Below are positions 38,317 through 48,426 of a stretch of DNA of 64,000 bases, piece after piece. The stretch's first letter is position 1, and the number at the start of each line of letters is the position of its first letter. The stretch lies in the NCBI GenBank assembly GCA_029862005.1, contig JAOTYD010000006.1:69758-133757 (forward strand). Direction: 5' to 3'. The notes under the pieces were generated by a model, which did no database searches, had not been told where the DNA came from, and saw only the letters and a program-made list of their open reading frames with translations. This DNA is from Gammaproteobacteria bacterium. GTDB taxonomy: Bacteria > Pseudomonadota > Gammaproteobacteria > GCA-001735895. Both the position numbers and the translations under genes were made by a program.

Positions 38317-39945
38317 ATGGCCAGATTTAAAAAGAACCAGTACATCCCCCCCCAGGCACCGTTGTTGTACGAAGACCACGGACGTCCTGTCACCCGACGG
38401 CAGTTTATTCGCCAGGGCATGATGACCGGCTCGGCTACCGTGCTTTCGGCCGGCGCCTTCGGTATGTTTGCGAATCCGAACATGGCGCGTGCAGCGGTCG
38501 CACCCGATCTTGACGCCCTCGCGACCGATATCGGCTGTATCCTGGGCGGTGTCGGCGCCGGTCAAAGCGTACCCTTTATCGCCTTTGACCTGGCCGGGGG
38601 TGCTAATTTTGCTGGCTCCAACGTGCTGGTCGGCCAGGGCGGCGGACAGATGGATCTGCTGTCCACGGCCGGTTACAGCAAACTCGGTCTGCCGGGCGAT
38701 ATGCTGCCCGGACAGGACAGCACCGGCGTAACCCTGTTAAATACCAGCGCCAACAACGATTTCACCAATAATGATCTCAATCTCGTATTTCATGCGGATA
38801 GCCCGATGCTGTTCGGCATTCTCGAGAAAGCCAGCACGGCAATCGGCAATGTCGATGGCGCCGTGATCCCGGCACGCTCGGACAACGACACCGGCAACAA
38901 TCCGCATAACCCGCTCTACCCGCTGGCGATGGCCGGTGCGCGCGGCAGTGTGGTCGACCTGATTGGTTCGCGCAGTAGCGTCTCGGGCGGCAACTCGATG
39001 GCGCCGGCGATGTATATCGATCCCAATTTCCAACCCACCAAGGTAGATCGTCCCAGCGATGTCACCGGGCTTGTGGATGTCGGCGATCTGACCACAATCC
39101 TGGGTCCGGACGATGTCACCGCGGTGATGGAATCCATTACCCGGATAACCCACAAAAAACTCAAGCTGGGTACCATCGACACCGGGCTGACCAACGACGA
39201 CGTGGTCAAGGACCTGGTACGCTGTGGCTACCTCAAGGCCTCCGACATCGCCGACCGCTTTGCCGGCGTCGAAGTCGATCCGACACTCGATACCAACATT
39301 GCTGGTCCGATCTTTTCGGCAACCGAACTGGCCAACGATGGTGAGTTCAGAAAAACCGCCTCGGTCATGAAAATGGTCATGAATGGCTATGCCGCAGGCG
39401 GCTGCATCACCATGGGTGGCTATGATTACCACACCGGTGACCGGCGCGTCGGTGAAAATCGCGATTTGCGGGCCGGGCGCTGCATCGGCGCCTGCCTCGA
39501 ATATGCGCGCCTGCTGGCGTCTCCGCTAATGATTTACGTGTTTAGCGACGGTTCGGTGGCCAGTAACGGTAACACCGACGATACCGCGTCTGCCGGTGCT
39601 GGTGAGAACCTGGTACTCGGTGGCGGCGGCAAGGGCGAATGGACTGGCGATAATTCCTCGACCGCCTGTTCCTTTTTCCTGGTGTTCGACCCGACAGCCG
39701 CACCTACGCTGGTCGGCACACGCCAGATCGGACGTATGAACGCAGGCGCTTCCGTGGTCACCTCGGCCACGCCCGCGGCAAATAACGTCAACCTGCTGGT
39801 TAATATGGTCATACTTAACTATATGGCCGTGAACGGGCAGGTGTCGCCCGGAAATACAACCGCCTTCACCAATATTTTTCCGAATCACGGCCTGGGTAAT
39901 CAGGCAAACCTGGACAGCTTTATTTCGTTTGGTTCTTTGGTGTAA
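38317..39945 (+). CDS. Tat-exported protein, DUF1501-like
   Basis: Twin-arginine motif TRRQFI plus hydrophobic stretch and ARA cleavage site; FDLAGGAN, GGYDYH and YVFSDGS. Confidence 0.6.
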   Translation: MARFKKNQYIPPQAPLLYEDHGRPVTRRQFIRQGMMTGSATVLSAGAFGMFANPNMARAAVAPDLDALATDIGCILGGVGAGQSVPFIAFDLAGGANFAGSNVLVGQGGGQMDLLSTAGYSKLGLPGDMLPGQDSTGVTLLNTSANNDFTNNDLNLVFHADSPMLFGILEKASTAIGNVDGAVIPARSDNDTGNNPHNPLYPLAMAGARGSVVDLIGSRSSVSGGNSMAPAMYIDPNFQPTKVDRPSDVTGLVDVGDLTTILGPDDVTAVMESITRITHKKLKLGTIDTGLTNDDVVKDLVRCGYLKASDIADRFAGVEVDPTLDTNIAGPIFSATELANDGEFRKTASVMKMVMNGYAAGGCITMGGYDYHTGDRRVGENRDLRAGRCIGACLEYARLLASPLMIYVFSDGSVASNGNTDDTASAGAGENLVLGGGGKGEWTGDNSSTACSFFLVFDPTAAPTLVGTRQIGRMNAGASVVTSATPAANNVNLLVNMVILNYMAVNGQVSPGNTTAFTNIFPNHGLGNQANLDSFISFGSLV

Positions 39946-39969
39946 GCTAACCTTTTTGGTGCACTTTAC

Positions 39970-40989
39970 ATGTCTGAATCTCTGGCAGGCAAAGCCAATG
40001 GTTTGCCTCGGCAGACATTAGCCTCGTCTATCTTTACGATAATTCTCCTGTGTAGCCAAACGACGGCGCACGCCGAATGGCATCAACAGCAGCGCGACAT
40101 CATGGGAACCCGGGTTTCAGTTGAACTCTGGCATGATGAAGCCACAACCGCATCCAGATGCAGTGAAAAGGTTTTCACCGAAATGCGTCGCATCGAAGCA
40201 AGGATGAGCTCATATAAAAGCGACAGTGAGCTTTCATTTATCAATGACAACGCCGCGATGAACGCGGTCAAAATCAGTGATGAAATGATGCATCTGATTA
40301 AAAGATCGATTCACTTCTCCGAGGTTTCGAAAGGCGCGTTCGATATCACTTATGCCAGCGTCGGCTATGCCTACGACTACCGTAAACGCCAGCAGCCCAG
40401 CAATGAATCTATCTCGGAGAAACTGCCAGCTATCGACTATCATCATATTATGATTTCCGGAGATGAGATTCAGTTTGGCAACGATGCGGTACGTATCAAC
40501 CTCGGCGGCATCGCCAAGGGTTACGCGGTCGATCGTGCTGCCGATATTATCGGCCAGTGTGGCATCACCGAGGCCATGGTAAGTGCGGGCGGTGACAGCC
40601 GTATCATCGGAGATCGCAAGGGTCGCCCCTGGGTCATGGGTATCAAGCATCCTCGCGACCCTGAGGGCATTGCGATACGTCTGCCGCTCAGCGAAAGCGC
40701 GATTTCAACGTCGGGTGATTACGAGCGGTTTTTTATTGACGACGGCAAACGCGTGCATCACATTATCAATCCCGCCACCGGCCGCTCCGCGACGGCCAGC
40801 TGGAGTGCAACCGTCGTCGGCCCCGATGCCCTGACAACTGACGCTTTATCTACTACTATTTTTATTCTGGGTGCAGTCGACGGAATTACCCTGATTGAAA
40901 CCCTGGAAGGAATCGACGCCATCATTATCGATAGCGATGGAAAAGTGCATTACTCCTCTGGCTTTGAAGTACCTGAAGTCAAACAATAA
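39970..40989 (+). CDS. apbE: FAD:protein FMN transferase ApbE
   Basis: Motifs MGT, SELS.IN, GAFDIT, NLGGIAKGYAVD, GGD, STSGDYER, HHIINP.TG and DALST. Confidence 0.95.
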   Translation: MSESLAGKANGLPRQTLASSIFTIILLCSQTTAHAEWHQQQRDIMGTRVSVELWHDEATTASRCSEKVFTEMRRIEARMSSYKSDSELSFINDNAAMNAVKISDEMMHLIKRSIHFSEVSKGAFDITYASVGYAYDYRKRQQPSNESISEKLPAIDYHHIMISGDEIQFGNDAVRINLGGIAKGYAVDRAADIIGQCGITEAMVSAGGDSRIIGDRKGRPWVMGIKHPRDPEGIAIRLPLSESAISTSGDYERFFIDDGKRVHHIINPATGRSATASWSATVVGPDALTTDALSTTIFILGAVDGITLIETLEGIDAIIIDSDGKVHYSSGFEVPEVKQ

Positions 40990-41011
40990 TCGCCCAAAAT
41001 CTAGCAGACCT

Positions 41012-41620
41012 ATGAAATATTTCAGCCTTATCATCCTTTTACTTGTTTACCTCGCCGTTCCCGTTGTCGGGCAGGAAACTTCATCAGAGTTGATCGAAGG
41101 CGAGATCGAAGTGCCACAAGCGGAAGAATCGGACGAGGCCAATGCAGAATCGATCGATGAAGATGAGTCCCTGGAAGGCTCGCTCGACGCGGATATCGAA
41201 GCCCTGAAAAAAGAAGTACTATCGCTTAACCGGGACCTGTTTATCCTCGAAGAGGACTTACTGTTTCCTTCGAACACCCAGTTCAGCGTCTTCCTGTCGA
41301 TGAACGCCGGTGCACTGTTCAGTCTCGATTCGATCCAGCTGAAAATTGACGACAAGAACATCGCCAATCACCTGTACACCGAGCGCGAACTCGCGGCCCT
41401 CAAGCGCGGTGGCGTGCAGCGTCTCTACATCGGCAACCTGCCGACAGGTGAGCACGAAATTATCCTGATTTTTACCGGGGTTGGACCCAAGGGTCGGGAC
41501 TACCGCCTCGGTGAAACAATCGTCATAGAAAAGACAACCGATCCCCAGTTCGTGGAATTCATGATCGCTGATGATACCGGTAAGGAACAACCTCAATTCG
41601 ATGTGCGTGTCTGGGAATAA
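41012..41620 (+). CDS. secreted protein with acidic linker, coiled coil and beta-sandwich-like C-terminus
   Basis: Signal peptide, LKKEVLSLNRDLFILEEDLLFP, HLYTERE..AL.RGGVQRLY.GN and G.GP.GRDY; no HTH visible. Confidence 0.7.
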   Translation: MKYFSLIILLLVYLAVPVVGQETSSELIEGEIEVPQAEESDEANAESIDEDESLEGSLDADIEALKKEVLSLNRDLFILEEDLLFPSNTQFSVFLSMNAGALFSLDSIQLKIDDKNIANHLYTERELAALKRGGVQRLYIGNLPTGEHEIILIFTGVGPKGRDYRLGETIVIEKTTDPQFVEFMIADDTGKEQPQFDVRVWE

Positions 41621-43487
41621 GCGCCATCAAAAATTCCTGAGGCACGTATCGCGCGGCATTCGTCGCTCATTCTACGGGCTACTGTTAAGCTGTGCCTGCA
41701 GCCCGGTCATCGCGGTTCAAACGGTCGAACATAGAGTCGAGGATCTCGACTATGGTCGCGCACTCTACCAGTTTTTCCAGGATAGCAGGCTGGCGGCAAT
41801 TACCCAACTGATGATAGCCGCGGAAAGACCTCGCAGCCGTAGCCAGGTCAATGAGTCCAACCTGTTGCTCGCAGATCTATACTACGGGTACGGGCTATAC
41901 GAAGAATCGCGCGACCTGTTTGCCCAGCTCCTGACCGCCGAGGTTTCGGACTCGATTCAAAACAGGATCTGGTTCAACCTGGCACGGCTTCGCTACGAGC
42001 AGGGTTACTATGAACCAGCGCTTGACCTGCTATCACGCATTAACGACCAGCTACCGGGTGGTGTGGAGTCAGAAAAGAGATACCTGCTGACCAACCTTTA
42101 TCTTGACAATCGCCAGTACGACGAGGCCGCCGATCTCAGCAACCAGATCAACCCGAAATCGATCTGGAAGATCTACGCGCGCTACAACCTGGCGGTAACG
42201 CTCATCGAAGACGATCGCTACGAGTCCGGTAAGACACTGCTCGAAAAGATCGGCCAGATGGAAGCCGGTACACCCGAATTGATTGCCCTGCGCGATCGCG
42301 CAAATCTTTCGCTGGGGCTCAAACAGCTGCGCATGGAACTGGCCGAGCCGGCACTGGAAAGCCTTTCCAGGATCAGGCTCGAGGGACCCCTGAGCAACGA
42401 GGCGCTACTTGCATCCGGCTGGGCCTGGTATCGACTCGGCAAGTTCGACAAGGCAATGATCCCCTGGCAGGTGCTGCTGCAGCGCAACGCAGTAGATGCA
42501 GCGACACAGGAAGCGATCCTGGCGATTCCCGCCAATTACGCCAAGTCAGGCCAGGACGGGCTGGCAGTACGCCATTATGAAATTGCCGCGACACAGTTTG
42601 ATTTGCAGCTGCAGTTGCTCGATAACGCGATCAAGTCGATCGAAAGTGATGAATTAATTGCAGCGCTGCGGGAAAACGCCATTCTCTACGATCGCAGCAG
42701 CCTGCAACGCTTACCACCGAGTTCCGATGTTACCCCGCAATTACACCTTCTGCTGGCTTCGACAGAATTTCAACGCGAAATTACACGCTACCAGGAATTG
42801 CTCGATATTCGTAACTCGCTTCGATTCTGGGGCAATAACTTCCCTGCTCTGGAGCTGATGCTGTCAGAGCGTCGCCGTGGTTTTGAAAACAAGCTGCCGT
42901 TACTGCAGCAATCCAGCAGTTTCGATCAGCTCGATCTACTGCGTGAACAGAGGGACCAGTTTGCCGGCCGGGTCAGTGCGATCGAGGCGGCACAAGACTT
43001 CGAGGCGCTCGCAAATCCGGATGAGCAGGAACAGCTGTCAAGGCTGCAACGCGTCTCGACGTCTATTGACATGGTCGCACCGGAACGTAATACGGCCTAC
43101 CAGCAGGATATGTTTCGCCTGTTATCCGGATTGCTGCGGTACGAGTTGGAGACCGACTTTCCGGTAAGATTCTGGAAAACAAAGAAACAGCTGATACTGC
43201 TGGATCGTGCACTGGCTGAATCCGAGCAGCGGGTTAATGACTTACGCAGGATCACGGAGCGTACCGACCTCGAGTTCGGTCTGTTCGAGAAACGCATCGG
43301 CGGCCAGACAGAGCGCATCAGTCAATTGCGTAGCAAGGTCTCAACCCTGTTGTCGTCACAGGAGCGACTCATCAATCAAATGGCAATTGACGCCATTCGT
43401 CAACAGCAGCAGCATATCGTGCAGTTACGCCTTAATGCCCGTTTTGAACTGGCCAAAATTTTCGACCGGATGGCGGCAGAACAATGA
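41601..43487 (+). CDS. secreted TPR protein (GltC-like position)
   Basis: N-terminal hydrophobic segment, multiple TPR motifs (WFNLARLRY, YARYNLAV, ALLASGWA) and coiled-coil C-terminus; start uncertain (41571/41601/41607). Confidence 0.75.
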   Translation: MCVSGNKRHQKFLRHVSRGIRRSFYGLLLSCACSPVIAVQTVEHRVEDLDYGRALYQFFQDSRLAAITQLMIAAERPRSRSQVNESNLLLADLYYGYGLYEESRDLFAQLLTAEVSDSIQNRIWFNLARLRYEQGYYEPALDLLSRINDQLPGGVESEKRYLLTNLYLDNRQYDEAADLSNQINPKSIWKIYARYNLAVTLIEDDRYESGKTLLEKIGQMEAGTPELIALRDRANLSLGLKQLRMELAEPALESLSRIRLEGPLSNEALLASGWAWYRLGKFDKAMIPWQVLLQRNAVDAATQEAILAIPANYAKSGQDGLAVRHYEIAATQFDLQLQLLDNAIKSIESDELIAALRENAILYDRSSLQRLPPSSDVTPQLHLLLASTEFQREITRYQELLDIRNSLRFWGNNFPALELMLSERRRGFENKLPLLQQSSSFDQLDLLREQRDQFAGRVSAIEAAQDFEALANPDEQEQLSRLQRVSTSIDMVAPERNTAYQQDMFRLLSGLLRYELETDFPVRFWKTKKQLILLDRALAESEQRVNDLRRITERTDLEFGLFEKRIGGQTERISQLRSKVSTLLSSQERLINQMAIDAIRQQQQHIVQLRLNARFELAKIFDRMAAEQ

Positions 43488-46309
43488 CTAAAAGCCTGTC
43501 CCATCGCCTGCCCATCATGATGCTCACCGCGACACTTGTTGCCTGTGGTTCAGGTGGGTCCGATTTCGGACCGACGATCGGTGATCTCGAGGAACTGCCG
43601 CCCCTGCTGGAGACCGCGGAACTGGAGCCGCAGGCGAGTTTCAAAGTCGATCGTCAGCAAGTCATAGACAGCTTTCGGGCCCTGGTTGAGATAACGGCCG
43701 ACGGTGGCGGTACCGGAGATGAATTACGACGCCTGGCTGATCTCGAACTGGAATCCAGCCTCGATAACCGAATATCCGATGACGAGACGACCCAGCAGCA
43801 GGGCATTGGCGAAGCGGCACGGGCAATCGGGATTTACGAAGCCTATCTTAAAAAATACCCCGAACGCCCGAGTAACGATATGGTGCTTTACCAATTGTCT
43901 CGTGCCTATGCCCTCGAAGCTGAATCTGAAAAATCCATAGCCGCGCTGGATCGCATCGCGCGCGAGTACCCGGATTCACAATACATGGACGAGGTTCAGT
44001 TCCGGCGTGGCGAGAACCTGTTTGTGCAGCGGGAATACCAGGCTGCAGAGCAGGCTTATGGCAAGGTCGTAAACGATCACCCGGATTCGCTGTTTTTCGA
44101 AAAAGCGCTCTATAAATATGGCTGGACGCAGTTCAAACAGAGTCGCTATCGCGATGCCCTAGCCAGCTACACGCGCTTGCTCGACGTCAATTTTGAACAG
44201 GATAAGATCTGGGAAATCGGTTTCAATCCAGGGCTGCCTAGAGCAGATCGGGAGCTACTCGAAGATGTCGTGCGCGTCGTCTCACTCAGCTTTTCCTACC
44301 AGGACGAAAAATACTATATTGCACAATACTTCAATGAAACCGGAAAGCGAAACTACGAGCCCCTGCTTTACCTGCGGCTGGGCGAACTTTACCTGGACAA
44401 AAAGCGCATCATCGACGGTTCGGATCTGTTCCTGGCCTACACCAAGCAATACCCCTACTCATCGCATACCCCGCGTTTTCACCAGCGTGCAATTGAAACC
44501 TTCCAGCAAGCCGGTTATTCGGACCTGGTGCTAAAAGAAAAGATCGCCTTCGTTAACCGCTACGACGTAAACGGCGAATACTGGGCGTTGCAGGAACCCG
44601 AAACCCAGCGAACCCTGACCAAGACCCTGGTCTTGCACATGACCGAGCTGGCTACCCATTTTCACGCACTGGCCCGGGCCAGCAAGAAAATGAAAGACTA
44701 CGGGATTTCGGCCGACTGGTATCGCCGCTTTCTAAAATCCTTTCCGAATGATCCGGGCGCACCGCGGATGAATTTTCTGCTCGCCGAAAACCTCTACGAT
44801 GCAGGTCAATATCCGCAGGCAATCGACGAGTACCAGAAAACAGCATATAACTATGCGCCACACAAGGATAGTGCCGAGGCAGGCTACGCAGCGCTGATCG
44901 CGTTTGATGCCCTGTTCAAGACGACCAATGCAAGTGACATTCCCGCATTGCGGCGCAAGCGCATTAAATCGGCGGTCCGCTTTACCACGGCTTATCCCGA
45001 TGATCCCCGATTGTCGGTGGTTGAACTGCAGACCGCACAACAGTTCTTCAAGTGGAAGAATTATCCTGACGCGATCGCGTCGGCAAACCGCCTGATTGAA
45101 AACCAGCGCGTTGACAAAACCACCAAGCAAACCGCGTGGACAATACTGTCCGATGCGCAGTTTTCAACGGCGGACTACGCCGCGGCTGAAAAATCCTATC
45201 TCACGCTGCTGACTTTTATGCCGAAACAGGACCAGAAGAGAAAGGCAGTGCGCGAACAGGTCGCCGCGAGTATTTACAAACAGGGGGAAATCGCTCGTGA
45301 GGTGGGGAATCACCTGCTCGCAGCACAAACCTTCACCCGACTTGGCCAGGTGATCCCAGAATCTCCAAAACGCAAGGTCGCCGACTACGATGCGGCAACC
45401 GCGTACATACAACTCGAAGACTGGTCGACCACGATCGCGCAACTGGAAGCCTTTCGCAAGAGATACCCGAGTGATAAAAAGTTCACGGATGGTGTCACCG
45501 AGAAACTCGCGCTGGCCTACAGCAAAAATGGAAACCAGTCCAAGGCGGCGCGGGAAATACTCGCGTTATCGAATCTTCCCGGCACGGCTGAGCGCAAGCG
45601 GGACCTGATGTGGCGTGCTGCCGAACTGTATCAGCAGGACGGCCAGCCCGAACAGGCGATTGCAATCTACAAGCAGTACGTCAAGGTTTATCCCTACCCG
45701 CTGGAACGCTCGATCGAACTGCGTCACAAGATCGCCGAATCATATCGCGCCAAGAACGATACCAAGAACCGTAATTACTGGCTCAACGAAATTATCAGGG
45801 CGGATGCAGCTGGAAAATCGGAACGCAGTGCACGTAGCCGGTACCTGGCCGCTACCGCCAGCCTGGAATTGATCCAGCCACTGCATCGAACCTATAGCAA
45901 AGCCAGGCTGACAATACCGCTTAAAACCAGCCTGGGCAAAAAGAAAAAACTGATGCAACAAGCGATTGACGCCTACAGCAAGGCAATGAAATACCAGGTG
46001 CAGGAAGTAACCACCGAAGCCACGTTCCAGATTGCCGAAATCTACCATGATTTCGCAAGATCCCTGATGGATTCACAAAGACCCAAGGGTCTTGATGAAG
46101 AACAACTCGAAGAGTACGAACTGTTGCTGGAAGAACAGGCCTTTCCGTTCGAGGAGAAGGCAATCGATATACATCTGGCGAACTTCAAGCGCATCCCCGC
46201 CGGCACTTTCGATGAACCCACGAAAAAGAGTTTACAGGTCCTGGGTGAAATGATGCCGTTTCGTTACGCCCGGGCTGAGAGCACTGATAATTATGTTGAA
46301 ATTCAATAA
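43484..46309 (+). CDS. large TPR lipoprotein (GltD/AgmU-like)
   Basis: Lipobox LVAC, many TPR/BamD-like repeats (VLYQLSRAY, VQFRRGE.LF, ALYKYGWT.FK) and C-terminal LEEQAFPFEEKAI. Confidence 0.8.
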   Translation: MTKSLSHRLPIMMLTATLVACGSGGSDFGPTIGDLEELPPLLETAELEPQASFKVDRQQVIDSFRALVEITADGGGTGDELRRLADLELESSLDNRISDDETTQQQGIGEAARAIGIYEAYLKKYPERPSNDMVLYQLSRAYALEAESEKSIAALDRIAREYPDSQYMDEVQFRRGENLFVQREYQAAEQAYGKVVNDHPDSLFFEKALYKYGWTQFKQSRYRDALASYTRLLDVNFEQDKIWEIGFNPGLPRADRELLEDVVRVVSLSFSYQDEKYYIAQYFNETGKRNYEPLLYLRLGELYLDKKRIIDGSDLFLAYTKQYPYSSHTPRFHQRAIETFQQAGYSDLVLKEKIAFVNRYDVNGEYWALQEPETQRTLTKTLVLHMTELATHFHALARASKKMKDYGISADWYRRFLKSFPNDPGAPRMNFLLAENLYDAGQYPQAIDEYQKTAYNYAPHKDSAEAGYAALIAFDALFKTTNASDIPALRRKRIKSAVRFTTAYPDDPRLSVVELQTAQQFFKWKNYPDAIASANRLIENQRVDKTTKQTAWTILSDAQFSTADYAAAEKSYLTLLTFMPKQDQKRKAVREQVAASIYKQGEIAREVGNHLLAAQTFTRLGQVIPESPKRKVADYDAATAYIQLEDWSTTIAQLEAFRKRYPSDKKFTDGVTEKLALAYSKNGNQSKAAREILALSNLPGTAERKRDLMWRAAELYQQDGQPEQAIAIYKQYVKVYPYPLERSIELRHKIAESYRAKNDTKNRNYWLNEIIRADAAGKSERSARSRYLAATASLELIQPLHRTYSKARLTIPLKTSLGKKKKLMQQAIDAYSKAMKYQVQEVTTEATFQIAEIYHDFARSLMDSQRPKGLDEEQLEEYELLLEEQAFPFEEKAIDIHLANFKRIPAGTFDEPTKKSLQVLGEMMPFRYARAESTDNYVEIQ

Positions 46310-46934
46310 CATAACCGCACTTTTACTTGCCGCATTACTGCTCGTAGCCTGCCAGAGCGGTCCCGACAAGGCATCGCCTCCAAAACCCGAGGTCGCGGCG
46401 ACGCCGAGTACAGAAGAGCCAGCAACTGAAGCAGAGGTGGTGGATTTTTATCAGCAATTTTATGAAGACGCGGTGGCTTCGCTTAAAAGCGGCAAAACTG
46501 CGCAAGCAGTAGAACTGCTGGTGCAGGTCAGCAACGATGCACCCGACAAGCCCTACGTTTTCACTAACCTCGGGCTCGCTTACTTCAAACTGCAGGAACT
46601 GGACCTTGCAGAACAGGCGTTCAAACAGGCAATTACGCGCGACGATAATGATGCCGTTGCGCATAACCATCTCGGAATCCTGCAGCGCCAAAAAGGGCAA
46701 TTTAAAGAGGCGATGAATCGCTATCAACGTGCCATTAAGATCGATTCCAGCTACGCGTCGGCGCATCTGAACCTCGGCATCCTATTCGATATCTACCTGC
46801 AGGATCTGGACCTGGCGTTACGACATTACCAGAATTACCAGTCTCTGATCGGCGAGGAAGATACCCAGGTGGCCAACTGGATTGTCGACATCAAGCGACG
46901 CCTGAAATCGGGCACTACCAAGTCCCAGGGATAA
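46293..46934 (+). CDS. TPR lipoprotein (GltE/AglT-like)
   Basis: Lipobox LVAC; TPRs NLGLAY, NHLGIL.R..G.F and AHLNLGILFDIYL. Confidence 0.8.
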   Translation: MLKFNNITALLLAALLLVACQSGPDKASPPKPEVAATPSTEEPATEAEVVDFYQQFYEDAVASLKSGKTAQAVELLVQVSNDAPDKPYVFTNLGLAYFKLQELDLAEQAFKQAITRDDNDAVAHNHLGILQRQKGQFKEAMNRYQRAIKIDSSYASAHLNLGILFDIYLQDLDLALRHYQNYQSLIGEEDTQVANWIVDIKRRLKSGTTKSQG

Positions 46935-46938
46935 ACAA

Positions 46939-47223
46939 ATGAGAAAACTTTCGCTAGCATTTTTCCTATTATTTGCTATTTCAAGTACTGCTAATGTGTG
47001 TGCTCAAGAAAGACTGCAAATGGAAGGCACCGAGATAACCGGAAACAAGGAATTGCCCAGGGTTTTGTATATCGTTCCATGGAAATCGGTTGAACGTTTC
47101 GAGATTTCGTCACCCCCGATTACAAGTATCATGGACCAGCAACTAACCCCCATCGAAAGGGCTGCTTTCAAACGACAGATTCACTATCACGACGCCATTT
47201 TTTCAAAGGCAAAACTGGAATAA
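46939..47223 (+). CDS. small secreted protein (GltF-like)
   Basis: Signal peptide and EGTEITGNKELPRVLYIVPWK; lies between the TPR gene and the motor genes. Confidence 0.65.
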   Translation: MRKLSLAFFLLFAISSTANVCAQERLQMEGTEITGNKELPRVLYIVPWKSVERFEISSPPITSIMDQQLTPIERAAFKRQIHYHDAIFSKAKLE

Positions 47224-47259
47224 TCCAGCAGTTGACCAGAGACCGCGGAGGCTCTCGCA

Positions 47260-47907
47260 ATGAACGAAATACTAGTTACAGTAATCAGGTTTTTCCAGGA
47301 CGGTGGACCATTCATGTACCCTATTCTGATTGTTCTGGCTATCGGCCTGGCGATTACGATAGAGCGCTGGTTGCATCTTACCGTTGCAAAAACGAAAAAT
47401 CGCCTCATGATTGCCAAGCTGATGCCACTGGTGGCAAAAGGTGATGTAAACAACGCCAGCGAACTCGCTCGAAAATCAAGCGCTACGGTTAGCCGAATTC
47501 TGCTGCAGGGTATCGAGCATTACAAATCTGCTCGCCGCAGGGATGATTTCGAATCGGCAATGGATGAGAGCATCATGGAGGCAATTCCACGTCTCGAAAA
47601 GCGCACCCATTACCTGGCAATGTTTGCCAATATAGCGACCCTGCTCGGGCTGCTGGGAACAATTATCGGCTTGATCAAGGCGTTCACCGCGGTCGCCCAG
47701 GTCGATCCATCGATGAAAGCGGAGATACTATCAACCAGTATATCGGTCGCTATGAATACCACCGCGTTCGGACTCATCGTCGCGATCCCGCTATTATTTT
47801 TCTACACGGTATTACAAACCAAGACGACCGAAATCGTCGACAGCCTTGAGATGACTGTCGTCAAGTTCGTCAATCATTTATCTCGCGTTAAAAACAGCGC
47901 CGGGTAG
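47260..47907 (+). CDS. MotA/TolQ/ExbB proton channel (AglR-like)
   Basis: Motifs GG.FMYPI, ATLLGLLGTIIGLI.AF and ISVAMNTTAFGL.VAIP. Confidence 0.92.
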   Translation: MNEILVTVIRFFQDGGPFMYPILIVLAIGLAITIERWLHLTVAKTKNRLMIAKLMPLVAKGDVNNASELARKSSATVSRILLQGIEHYKSARRRDDFESAMDESIMEAIPRLEKRTHYLAMFANIATLLGLLGTIIGLIKAFTAVAQVDPSMKAEILSTSISVAMNTTAFGLIVAIPLLFFYTVLQTKTTEIVDSLEMTVVKFVNHLSRVKNSAG

Positions 47908-47916
47908 GTACTACAA

Positions 47917-48408
47917 ATGTCAAGACGGGTACATCGGCGCAAGCATCCGGCTGTCGAGCTGAACATTACTGCCTTCATGAACTTGATGGTAGTGCTGGTG
48001 CCTTTCTTATTGATGACGGCGGTGTTCAGCCATATCACCATCCTCGATTTAAACCTGCCCCCACCGGGCGGGCAGGATACCAAGCAACCAAAAAAGCCTC
48101 CTTATGAACTGCGCATCACGATTCGCAAAAATATGCTGGTGCTCTCCGATAACCGCCTGGGCTTGATTCAACGTATTCCGTCCAAGGGCAAAGAACATAA
48201 TTTCGCCATGCTGAAGGAGACCCTGAAACAGGTTAAAGCTCGGATTCCCAAGCATACCAATATCACGATCCTGGCCGAGCAACAAACCCGTTATAACGAC
48301 CTGATCAGAGCGATGGACAGTTCGCGTTCGTACCGCACAGAAGTCGAGGGTGAGTGGGTCTTTGCCGAACTGTTCCCCGATATATCGATTGGCGATGCGG
48401 CCAGGTGA
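47917..48408 (+). CDS. ExbD/TolR-family protein (AglQ-like), TM Asp replaced by Asn
   Basis: Single TM ELNITAFMNLMVVLVPFLL, Y..LI.AMD..R and LFPDI. Confidence 0.82.
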   Translation: MSRRVHRRKHPAVELNITAFMNLMVVLVPFLLMTAVFSHITILDLNLPPPGGQDTKQPKKPPYELRITIRKNMLVLSDNRLGLIQRIPSKGKEHNFAMLKETLKQVKARIPKHTNITILAEQQTRYNDLIRAMDSSRSYRTEVEGEWVFAELFPDISIGDAAR

Positions 48409-48426
48409 TAACAGGATGTTGATGCA

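Noticed and set aside
41012..41620. Possible transcriptional regulator of the locus
   Set aside because: It has a signal peptide and no helix-turn-helix, so it is treated as a secreted component.
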